64,000 bases of DNA from a plasmid, in sequence record NZ_CP087960.1, one strand, 5' to 3'. The position numbers and the translations under genes are program-made. Numbering within the stretch: position 1 is the first letter of the stretch; each line of letters starts with the position of its first letter. Below are positions 17,252 to 25,525 of this stretch, one piece after another. The notes under the pieces are model-generated. The model was not told the DNA's origin, made no database searches, and was given only the letters and a program-made list of their open reading frames with translations.

Positions 17252-18835
17252 ATGATAAAATCATTTTTTAAGTCTAATTATAAGTATACTTTTATTTTTA
17301 TTGTTTCGACTGTTATTGGTGGGGCCTTAGTTGCTTATGGGAGTTACGGTTGGACGCCTGCTACTGACTCTTTAAAAAATCTTGATACTAAAAAATTTGT
17401 TTTGTGGATTATTTTGATAGTAGTGACATCAGCTGGTGGTAGAGTCATGCAATTCTTAGCTGGTTATCTCTTTACAAAACAAGAGCAAGAATATTTTCAT
17501 AATCTAAGGAAAAAGCTTATAAATCATTATTATGAAAGTAAGCCTGTAGATAAGCTATCTAATATGCAAAATAGATTAACAAATGATCTAAAAATTATTA
17601 GCGATCAAGCTTTAGATCCAGTATCTAATGTAGTCCTTTGTGTAGTTGATTTAGTATTTTCTGCATATGTAGTTTTAACTTTTAATTTTTGGCTGCTTTG
17701 TTTAATTTTAGTTTTAGCAGTAATTATGCTTTATTTGCCAGATTTGTTGTCTAAGCAATTAGAAAAAGCAACAAATGAAGTTTCCTCTAACTATAGCAAG
17801 TATATTGATACCATTGAAAAATGGTTAGCAGGGCTAGCAGTTTTACAAAGATATCGGTCAAAGACAAAATTATCTGCTGCCTTAGCTAGAAGTTCTTCAG
17901 GATTAGAGAAAGCCACAGTAATTCGAGATAAAAAATCTGTTGAATTACGTAATCTCACTTATACTGCTAATATGGTTGCTCAAGGAGCTGTTCTTCTGGC
18001 AACTGGATTATTAGTATTGAATCATCAGTTAACTATTGGTACCCTTATGAGTATTGCGAATTTTTCTAGCTTAATTTTTTCTCAGCTTGTTAATGTTACT
18101 TCACAGATTGGTTCAATTAAGTCAACTAGATCGTTAGCAGATAGTGTAATGAAAGAAATTAAAGAGTTACCAAATTCAGAGAAAAAAGAAGACTCTCTAA
18201 CAAACTTTGACACTCTTTCTACTCATGGTTTAGTTCTTCAGTATCCTAATGGTGAAAAAATCCAGTATCCTGATATTCAGATTAAGGCGGGAGAAAAAGT
18301 ACTTTTAAGTGGTGATAGTGGAACCGGAAAGTCAACGCTGTTTAAAATGATTTTAAATGAAATAAAGCCTACTCAAGGTAAAATTGTTTTTAAAGATAAA
18401 CTAGGCAAGATTCTCAATCCTGATTATTCGCAAATTGGATATATTCCGCAAGATCCAGTTGTTTTTCCAGGAACAATTGAAGATAATATTACGATGTTTA
18501 ATAGTAGACTGAATAAAAAAGCAGCGAATTGGGCACAAAAGGTTCAGTTAGCAACAGACTTTGAAAAGTTCCCTGATGGTATTAAAACTGTCGTAGATCT
18601 AGATAAAAAGAATCTTTCTGGAGGACAAAGACAAAAAATAATTTTGGCTCGAACTGAAGTATATAACAGCAAGATTATCTTAATTGATGAAGGTACTTCG
18701 GCAATAGATTCGGTTGCAACAGAGCAAATTCTAAAAAATATTCTTAAAGAACCTGCAACGGTAATCTTTATTGCGCATAATCTAACTGATGAAATGGTTC
18801 AATTATTTGATCGTAGGATTAACTTAAGTAAGTAA
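17252..18835 (+). CDS. ABC transporter, fused permease-ATPase exporter (no N-terminal C39 peptidase domain)
   Basis: Six N-terminal TM helices; Walker A GDSGTGKST; signature LSGGQRQKIILAR; Walker B ILIDEGTSAIDS. Confidence 0.85.
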   Translation: MIKSFFKSNYKYTFIFIVSTVIGGALVAYGSYGWTPATDSLKNLDTKKFVLWIILIVVTSAGGRVMQFLAGYLFTKQEQEYFHNLRKKLINHYYESKPVDKLSNMQNRLTNDLKIISDQALDPVSNVVLCVVDLVFSAYVVLTFNFWLLCLILVLAVIMLYLPDLLSKQLEKATNEVSSNYSKYIDTIEKWLAGLAVLQRYRSKTKLSAALARSSSGLEKATVIRDKKSVELRNLTYTANMVAQGAVLLATGLLVLNHQLTIGTLMSIANFSSLIFSQLVNVTSQIGSIKSTRSLADSVMKEIKELPNSEKKEDSLTNFDTLSTHGLVLQYPNGEKIQYPDIQIKAGEKVLLSGDSGTGKSTLFKMILNEIKPTQGKIVFKDKLGKILNPDYSQIGYIPQDPVVFPGTIEDNITMFNSRLNKKAANWAQKVQLATDFEKFPDGIKTVVDLDKKNLSGGQRQKIILARTEVYNSKIILIDEGTSAIDSVATEQILKNILKEPATVIFIAHNLTDEMVQLFDRRINLSK

Positions 18836-19010
18836 ATTTTTAAAAGTAGAGAACATTTATTATCTAAGTGATATAACGGCATTATGTAACTTCATATAAC
18901 GTATCTTATGTAAAGTAATATATAAAAAGAAAAAAAGAAACTGTCTAGCAACAATACTAGACAGTTCTCAAACAAGCTAAACCATGCTATAATTTATGCA
19001 GGTATTGAAT

Positions 19011-19042
19011 GAAATTATATTCAAACAAATTATATTCAAACA
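19011..19042. repeat. Tandem 15-bp direct repeat (AAATTATATTCAAAC x2) in a non-coding region
   Basis: Read directly. Confidence 0.4.
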
Positions 19043-19407
19043 ATTAGGCTGATAGCTTAGCGGGTTGTGCTTTTGTTCTGATGTACTTCCAATACATCAC
19101 CAGCCAAGCACATTAGAGAACCCCTTCAAAAGTGATCACCTCTAAATTGTTAACTAGTGCATTGATTGTATCGTCAGTGCACTTTTTTATTATAGCAAAT
19201 TTCGTTGTAAAAAAAGAACCACTCTAGAAATTGATACTTCTAAAGTGGCAAGTAGGATTTATGACGTATTCTGATCAATCCTATAAAATCAAAACACGCG
19301 CACTAAGTTCACATAGAATTCCTTAGTACTCTTGTATTTGATAGTATCATAATATCAAGTTCATTTAAAGAATATGTTTTAGAAATAATATATAGGATAT
19401 AAAAAAA

Positions 19408-19443
19408 GACCTGAGTGGCAGTTGCCACTCAGGTCTTTCTTTC
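19408..19443. terminator. Bidirectional terminator: gacctgagtggca / tgccactcaggtc with A7 upstream and TTTCTTTC downstream
   Basis: 13-bp perfect stem; lies between the ABC exporter (plus) and the convergent DUF3945-like gene (minus). Confidence 0.55.
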
Positions 19444-19650
19444 ACGTGATCCTTCAGAGCATTAACAATAGTAATAATAATTATTGTTACATTTCTTGAA
19501 TATAAACTATTGCCAAATTTATTCAGAATACGTATCACATTATGACTAAATACTATTATATATTTATTTAAATAGTAAGTAAAGCAAAATATGACGGCTT
19601 TTCACCATAAATAATACGCATATCGTAAATTTTTTAAAGTAGTTTTTTTG

Positions 19651-20760
19651 CTAAGCCCATTCTTTCTTTTCTACATAGAAACCCCAGAATGTTTTCCCTT
19701 TATATTCTTGTTCCTTTAAGCCACCGGTGGCATACCAAGAACCTTTTTTAGCTTTAAGTTTTATACGAATTTTTTGGCCAGCTAATAATTTGTCTTTTTC
19801 ACTTTCAGTAAATTTATGAGTAGACCAGCTATTTTTAAATCTAATTTCTTTACCATTTGGTGTATAAATACCTGTAAAATGATTATTGTCGATAAATTTT
19901 ATGGTGTTCTTATCATAGGCAAAACCCCAGAACGTTTTATCTTTATATTTTTGTTGAGAAAGTTTTCCTTCGACACTTAATGGAGTACCTTTTTTAGAAG
20001 TACATTCTATTGTAATTGTTTCTCCATTTAGCAAAGTTTGGAGTTCAGAATCAGTAAATTTATGAGAGGACCAACTATTTTTAAATGTAACTTTTTGACC
20101 AGTTGGCTTAAATATTCCTGTAGTTCGTGTACCGTCATCAGGGAATTCAATTTTATTTACGTCAAAGCTAAAACCCCAGAATTTTTTATTTTGATACGTT
20201 TTCTCAGATAATTTACCAGGAACAATAATAGCAGTTCCCTTTTTAGATTTACAGTTAACCTTAATAGTTTGACCAGCAAGAAGCTGTTGAATTTCTTCAT
20301 CAGTAAATCTATGACCACTAAATATTCTACTGAAGTTGATCTCTTCTCCAGTTGGACTATAGATTCCATTAACTCTTTCAGCTGGTTTTGGTAAATCAAG
20401 TGCAAGTTTTTGCAATGTTGAATTATTTTTAATTACATTAATATTTTGACGAATTATTGGCATATCATGCTTAACAATAGTCGTCATCAAAGTTGGAATT
20501 TTTTCAAATTCAATCTTGAATAGTTTAACTTCTTTCATATATTCAAGTAGTTGTTTAGTAACATGTGGGCTAGAAATTTGACAGCCTTGTGTTAGAAGAG
20601 CACTAGCTAAGCCATTAAAGGTAAGCTCATATACATTATTTTTGACTTTAAGTAGAGCAGTTGGATCTTTAGGATTGGAAATATCTGTAATAGTAGTTAG
20701 TTGTGTAGCACCAGTTCCGATATTATTTTTCTTCGTAAATTGCAATAATAAATTGAACAC
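19651..20760 (-). CDS. Protein with three ~75-aa DUF3945-like repeats (GIYxPxGxEIxF...FTDxE...AGQxIx...KKGT...FWGF). C-terminal portion of an ancestral topoisomerase fusion; present start codon and first 9 codons are IS30-derived
   Basis: Three internal repeats read directly in the translation; the ORF start lies inside IS copy 2 (IS boundary at 20733/20734). Confidence 0.55.
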   Translation of the reverse strand: MFNLLLQFTKKNNIGTGATQLTTITDISNPKDPTALLKVKNNVYELTFNGLASALLTQGCQISSPHVTKQLLEYMKEVKLFKIEFEKIPTLMTTIVKHDMPIIRQNINVIKNNSTLQKLALDLPKPAERVNGIYSPTGEEINFSRIFSGHRFTDEEIQQLLAGQTIKVNCKSKKGTAIIVPGKLSEKTYQNKKFWGFSFDVNKIEFPDDGTRTTGIFKPTGQKVTFKNSWSSHKFTDSELQTLLNGETITIECTSKKGTPLSVEGKLSQQKYKDKTFWGFAYDKNTIKFIDNNHFTGIYTPNGKEIRFKNSWSTHKFTESEKDKLLAGQKIRIKLKAKKGSWYATGGLKEQEYKGKTFWGFYVEKKEWA

Positions 20761-21921
20761 TTTTGGTTAAGCTGCTTGATAGATTCGATCTAATTCTCTT
20801 TCAAAGATTTCATCTGGTGTATGATAAGCTAAGATCTTTCTTGGCAATGAGTTGCACCAGGTTTCAATATCAATGATATTTTGTAAAGAATAGTTAGCTA
20901 TTGCTTCTCCTTTAGGAATGAATCTGCGAATAAGACCATTGTGTCTTTCAACTGTTCCCTTATCACAAGAAGTGTAAGGATGGGCATAGTAAACCAGTGT
21001 ATTGGATGCTTCTTCTAGGTTGGACAGATCCGCAAATTCTGAACCATTATCAGTGGTAATAGTTTTAAAAATATCATTCCAGTGTTCACTGTATTGTCTT
21101 TGGAGTTCTTTAAAGGCTTGCATGACACTGATAGAAGTCTTGTCGGGAATACGAATAATTAAGAATTCACGACTCATGCGCTCAGATAAGGTTAACAGCA
21201 CTTCATCATCTTTAGTCTTATGTCCAAGAACCAAATCGCATTCCCAATGACCGAATTCATTACGTTCACTAATTTCTTTTGGACGTTCTTCAATACTTCT
21301 GCCAAGCTTTTTCTTGTTTTTGCGAACACGATGAAGCTTGGTATTGCGTTTAAGCTTCTCAGGCAAGTCGTAATTATAAATGCCTAATAAGCCCTTATCA
21401 ACGTAATTATAAAGAGTTTTGGTGCAGACAACATCGCTGCTAGAGAATTCGCCAGCAGCAGTGGCACGATTACTGCAAACATCAAGCGACCAACCGTCTT
21501 TAAAGAAATGTTTGTGGACATAGTGAATAAATTGAGTTTTTTTGAGAAAGTCTGATTTGCGCCCACAATTTTTACGATGAGCTTGATATACATCATGTCC
21601 TTGAGTAGCCTTGTATCTTTTGACTTTACCATGATACAGTTTTACAGTGCCACGTTTAATCTCATAACTGATAGTAGAAGGAGAACAGTTGAGTTCACGA
21701 GCAATTGCACGCAAAGAGCAGCCATCTTTCAAACGCAATTGAATAATAACTCGCTCTTCAAATGATAAATGCTTTCCTTTAACGTGCTGGTTCATGGTAG
21801 AATGTAAAGAGTCCATTTTGACCTCCAATAGAAAGTTTTTGTGGTTATTAACATTCTATCAAACAGGTCCGAATGGACTTTTTATTTTTCTAAAGTGTTC
21901 AATTTGATTTTACAATCAACG
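20734..21921 (-). mobile_element. IS30-family insertion sequence, copy 2 (1188 bp, identical to copy 1, inverted), flanked by the 13-bp direct repeat TATTATTTTTCTT (20721-20733 and 21922-21934)
   Basis: Same termini as copy 1; flanking direct repeats read directly; inserted within a reconstructable ORF. Confidence 0.8.
20767..21828 (-). CDS. IS30-family transposase (identical to 13341..14402)
   Basis: Identical 353-aa translation. Confidence 0.85.
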   Translation of the reverse strand: MEVKMDSLHSTMNQHVKGKHLSFEERVIIQLRLKDGCSLRAIARELNCSPSTISYEIKRGTVKLYHGKVKRYKATQGHDVYQAHRKNCGRKSDFLKKTQFIHYVHKHFFKDGWSLDVCSNRATAAGEFSSSDVVCTKTLYNYVDKGLLGIYNYDLPEKLKRNTKLHRVRKNKKKLGRSIEERPKEISERNEFGHWECDLVLGHKTKDDEVLLTLSERMSREFLIIRIPDKTSISVMQAFKELQRQYSEHWNDIFKTITTDNGSEFADLSNLEEASNTLVYYAHPYTSCDKGTVERHNGLIRRFIPKGEAIANYSLQNIIDIETWCNSLPRKILAYHTPDEIFERELDRIYQAA

Positions 21922-23392
21922 TATTATTTTTCTTTAAAAACTTTCGTAAAAAGCTAAGAGTTGGTTTAGCCGGAGCTGGATTACTCCCCTCATAAATGTA
22001 TGGAGTAACAGTAGAAAGGAATCCTTGATGATTAGACTTATTAGAATCAGAATCTAGATCTTGTTCGTTGAAGACCAATTTATAATTTAACTTCTTAGGG
22101 AGATTAGAAACAGACTTAAAGTCTGGATTATTGGCTAAATGAGCTTTTTGTTGTTCGTAGACGTAATCTTCACATAAGATTGCTAAGTAGGCTTTAGCCA
22201 AAGTTATATATATTTCCTTACCGCATTTTCCAAACTTTTTTTCTAGTTCATCTAAGCTAGTGGGTACATTAATTCCTGGACGATTGGCACCGTGATCAGC
22301 CTTTGCAGTAATGTATTTTTTACGTGCTGTTCTATGAGTTAATAGAGAATGATCTACTCCAACAACATTGGCAATGCTGTCAACTAAAGGGAGTAACTCA
22401 TCAAAGTCTTTTTGATCTACCTTGGTATCTTCTGTACGAGGATAAGAGACGTATTCCGCTTCATACATCTTTTGATAAGTATCTTTGACTTGGCTAGTAG
22501 TAAACCCTTTTTTACTTAATAAGTCAGCTAATCCCATTAAGTTAATCAAGGAAGGCGGTTCAGTAGTTTTGGTTACATTAGAATCAATAACTACGTTATC
22601 CGGCTTATAGTTTAGTAAATCGTTATTAGCATCAGATTTATGCTCAAATCTAAATGTGTCATCATCTTGAAAGTTTCTTTTAAAAACATTCCCGTTGGCA
22701 TCTTTATATCGAACTTCAAAGTAAGGTTTCTTTACATAGTTTTTTATCTTTTGCCATTGTTGATAAACAATATTAGCTAATGCTGATTTAAATCTACCTA
22801 ATCTAAGTACTTTAGGATTGTATCCAGCTTGCTTAGCTGCAAGAGTTGCAATTCTACTAAGTTGCATTGAACCATAGTCAAGACGTTGTCGTGAAGTTGC
22901 TTCTAAGTATTCACCACTATGAAACTTATCACTAACATCTTTGCGATTAATGATAGCTTCTTTGATTTTGGACTCAGTTGAAAAATAGGCTCTATAAACG
23001 GTACTTCTCCACCCAATAGCTTCGATGATTTCCCAAGCGAGCAAATCACCTTCACCTGAGGGATCGCAGTCAGTAGCAATTACAATTGCATCTTTATCTT
23101 GAGCAGCCTGTTTAATTTGTTGCACATTTTTCTTCGCATCAGTATCTAAATATGTTTTTTTCCATGCAAAATCGTTTAAATTCCAAGGAAAAACATCATA
23201 AGAATTCCATTCTGAATATCTAGCTATCTTATCAGCTGATACTTGATCTTGAGGATCTTTTAACTTTAACAAATGACCGTGGCTGTGTACTAGCTCATAA
23301 GTATCAGTACCAATATTACCTGAAATTCCACCAAGTACTTGTGCAAACTTTTGATATGCACTAGATTTTTCTGCTAAGATTAATAGTTTCAA
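21899..23392 (-). CDS. Type IA DNA topoisomerase (TopB/Topo III-like) Toprim + catalytic domain; C-terminus truncated by IS30 insertion (last 7 codons are IS-derived)
   Basis: Toprim DxD motif ATDCDPSGEGDLLAWEI (compare E. coli TopB GDPDREGQLL); catalytic Tyr motif YVSYPRTED (compare LISYPRTD); RIATLAAKQAGY resembles the topoisomerase TR motif. Confidence 0.7.
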   Translation of the reverse strand: MKLLILAEKSSAYQKFAQVLGGISGNIGTDTYELVHSHGHLLKLKDPQDQVSADKIARYSEWNSYDVFPWNLNDFAWKKTYLDTDAKKNVQQIKQAAQDKDAIVIATDCDPSGEGDLLAWEIIEAIGWRSTVYRAYFSTESKIKEAIINRKDVSDKFHSGEYLEATSRQRLDYGSMQLSRIATLAAKQAGYNPKVLRLGRFKSALANIVYQQWQKIKNYVKKPYFEVRYKDANGNVFKRNFQDDDTFRFEHKSDANNDLLNYKPDNVVIDSNVTKTTEPPSLINLMGLADLLSKKGFTTSQVKDTYQKMYEAEYVSYPRTEDTKVDQKDFDELLPLVDSIANVVGVDHSLLTHRTARKKYITAKADHGANRPGINVPTSLDELEKKFGKCGKEIYITLAKAYLAILCEDYVYEQQKAHLANNPDFKSVSNLPKKLNYKLVFNEQDLDSDSNKSNHQGFLSTVTPYIYEGSNPAPAKPTLSFLRKFLKKNNTLIVKSN

Positions 23393-23397
23393 TTTTC

Positions 23398-23440
23398 TTT
23401 CCTTTCAAATAAAAAAAGCACTTTGAATTTCTTCAAAGTG
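23398..23440 (-). terminator. Hairpin aagcactttgaa / ttcaaagtgctt followed (minus strand) by a T-run, then RBS aaaggaaag and the ATG of the topoisomerase gene
   Basis: 12-bp perfect stem; same terminator-RBS architecture seen at 28210-28245 and 33340-33375. Confidence 0.4.
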
Positions 23441-23460
23441 CTTACGCAATATATTTTGGG

Positions 23461-23910
23461 TTACGCATCTAAGTTAATAATGTTTGTTAAATCGATTTTT
23501 TCTAACTTTTTTAATTCTTGTTCCAAATATCTTTCTAGTTGTAGATTATTATTAAGATTTAAGTATTTAGAAATAAAATAGTAATCAACATTCATTTTAG
23601 CTAGATTTTTGTGAACAAAGTTATCGACCTTTTTAGAATCTACGGAATAGTCATTTACTTTTAACCAGTTTTCTAAAATAAAAGATTTCATTCGTAAATT
23701 TTGATTTTGCTGAAAAGTAATAGGCTCATAATTAAGTTGCTTTAGTAACTTATTTGTCTTATTAATAGGATCTGTTAGTCTAATGCCATTATCTAAAGCA
23801 ATTGTTGCTAGGTATGTGTCATTATCTTGTTCCATAGCAATTCTTTTGGGTGTTGGAGTTAATAGGTTAAAATATACATCTTTGACTGTTAAATTCGTTA
23901 AGTTATTCAT
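23461..23910 (-). CDS. hypothetical protein (149 aa)
   Basis: ORF within the conjugation module; no motif recognised. Confidence 0.3.
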   Translation of the reverse strand: MNNLTNLTVKDVYFNLLTPTPKRIAMEQDNDTYLATIALDNGIRLTDPINKTNKLLKQLNYEPITFQQNQNLRMKSFILENWLKVNDYSVDSKKVDNFVHKNLAKMNVDYYFISKYLNLNNNLQLERYLEQELKKLEKIDLTNIINLDA

Positions 23911-23952
23911 TTAAAATTCCTTTGCTTTTTTTAATATTATTCTCGGTCTAAA

Positions 23953-25011
23953 TTACGGAAGTTGAAGTTCTCTCCGTTGGATATGTTGTTTAGCTAAGCG
24001 TGTTTTAAGCGTACTAGCTTGGACTTGACTTACATGTTTGAGTACATCGTTCCAATCCTTACCATACTTAGTATTAGGTTGGGCGCTTAAAATTTGAAGA
24101 ACATTTCCGTCAATATCGCGTGCTTGGTATTTCTGCATTTTTTCAACAAATTTATTGCCCGCATCATCGTTATCTACGCCTAATGCTATAGACTTTAGTC
24201 TGCTCCCAGATTTAGTAAGTTGCTTGGCTGTTAAGTTAATATAACTTGCAACAACCTCTTTCTTTAGACCATCCATGGAAACGAACCGCGTGTTAGTTAG
24301 CTTGGTAGGATTTAAATTATAGTAGCTTAAAGCATCAATGCTTGATTCAAAGAATCTGATGTTTTCTGGCTTTCCTTTTCCTTGTGTTATATCTATTGAA
24401 TCAAAGCTAAAGCCATAGCCGTATGTAGAATTAGGTTCAATTCGTTTAAGCGTACCTCGTTTACCAAATTTCTCATGGTTAATCCATGTTCCTTGTTTTG
24501 TCGCACCTTTAATTTCTCTGGTTTCTGGATCACGCCATAAAAAAAGAGCATTACCGAACTTATCTTGTTCGATTATGCCCTGAGTATGAAGCATTTGTAC
24601 TAAATCAGCATTTAATCCTCTTCTTTTAGTTAAATATGCTGTTACTTTATTAAACCTTTTATCAATCTCTTTTGGATTAAATTTAAACGGTTCACGTTTG
24701 ATTTCTTTAGTTTTTGCCTCGTTAATACCAGCCTTAGTTACAATATCCATTGCCTTTAGGAAACGATTTTTTTTATCTAGATTTTCTTCCGATAGAAGAT
24801 ATTCTTTTGCAAAACTTAGAGCACCAACACCGCCGACATTGCGTGAGTTCCAAAACCAAGCATTCCGCGATGGTGTTACAACTAAACTATCATGCTCAAC
24901 ACCTTTGTATTCATTATGACCAGTGTGAGCTAATTCAACGCCAACTTTATCAGCGAATTCTAAAATATCTCCCTTTTCCGCTTGCTTTACTTGCTCATCT
25001 GTGTATTTCAT
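23953..25011 (-). CDS. Primase-like Toprim-domain protein (DUF3991/Toprim conjugative primase family)
   Basis: Toprim acidic motif LGVDNDDAGNKF; N-terminal region is laid out like a DnaG zinc-binding domain but lacks cysteines; lies upstream of a type IA topoisomerase as in Gram-positive conjugative plasmids. Confidence 0.45.
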   Translation of the reverse strand: MKYTDEQVKQAEKGDILEFADKVGVELAHTGHNEYKGVEHDSLVVTPSRNAWFWNSRNVGGVGALSFAKEYLLSEENLDKKNRFLKAMDIVTKAGINEAKTKEIKREPFKFNPKEIDKRFNKVTAYLTKRRGLNADLVQMLHTQGIIEQDKFGNALFLWRDPETREIKGATKQGTWINHEKFGKRGTLKRIEPNSTYGYGFSFDSIDITQGKGKPENIRFFESSIDALSYYNLNPTKLTNTRFVSMDGLKKEVVASYINLTAKQLTKSGSRLKSIALGVDNDDAGNKFVEKMQKYQARDIDGNVLQILSAQPNTKYGKDWNDVLKHVSQVQASTLKTRLAKQHIQRRELQLP

Positions 25012-25026
25012 AAAAATTTCTTCTTT

Positions 25027-25512
25027 CTATCTGAGTAAGAAACGTTCTTTACATAAAGCATGTGCTTTAGCTTTTTCACGTTTCATGTAATTTGGATTTA
25101 GTTTTCTCATATTTTCTTTAGTCCTCTTTCTTAAGGCTTCAGGTTGTTCTGAGTCTATAGATAACTGCTTTTGTTGCTTAAAAAGTATGTTAGCCACTCT
25201 TCTTTCTACCTCGGACAATCCAGCATATTTTGGAATATGAGAATTGGCTTCATCAATGAATAAAGCAACATGATAACCTGAATGATTTTGTGCTGCTTTA
25301 GTAGTTGTATATTGAGAAAAATGCAAGATACTATTATCCTGATCTTCATGGATATCACTAATACCTAATTTATGTTTATGACTTAATCGCCACACAGAAA
25401 ATTCAATGTTTGCTTTATGTGATTGTGTAGCCTTTTCTGTAAGATCCTTCTTCAAGTAAGCTTTTGACCATACTCGTGGACTAATACCATAATCATCTTC
25501 GTATTTTGTCAT
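25027..25512 (-). CDS. hypothetical protein (161 aa)
   Basis: ORF only. Confidence 0.3.
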   Translation of the reverse strand: MTKYEDDYGISPRVWSKAYLKKDLTEKATQSHKANIEFSVWRLSHKHKLGISDIHEDQDNSILHFSQYTTTKAAQNHSGYHVALFIDEANSHIPKYAGLSEVERRVANILFKQQKQLSIDSEQPEALRKRTKENMRKLNPNYMKREKAKAHALCKERFLLR

Positions 25513-25525
25513 TATATTAATCTCC

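Noticed and set aside
19050-19140. tRNA or riboswitch in the GC-richer patch of the 18.8-19.6 kb spacer
   Set aside because: No cloverleaf-compatible stems, no T-loop GTTC motif, and no recognisable riboswitch core.
13248-21921. Composite transposon formed by the two identical IS30 copies carrying the lanthipeptide cluster
   Set aside because: Each IS copy is flanked by its own distinct 13-bp direct repeat. Copy 2 sits inside a reconstructable topoisomerase fusion ORF, so the intervening DNA is native backbone and was not co-transposed.
23440-23464. Third RSPPK-type leader peptide upstream of the topoisomerase gene
   Set aside because: Only an 8-codon ORF (MRNPKYIA) overlaps the stop of the upstream gene. 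The hairpin + RBS architecture is present but the peptide is not conserved.
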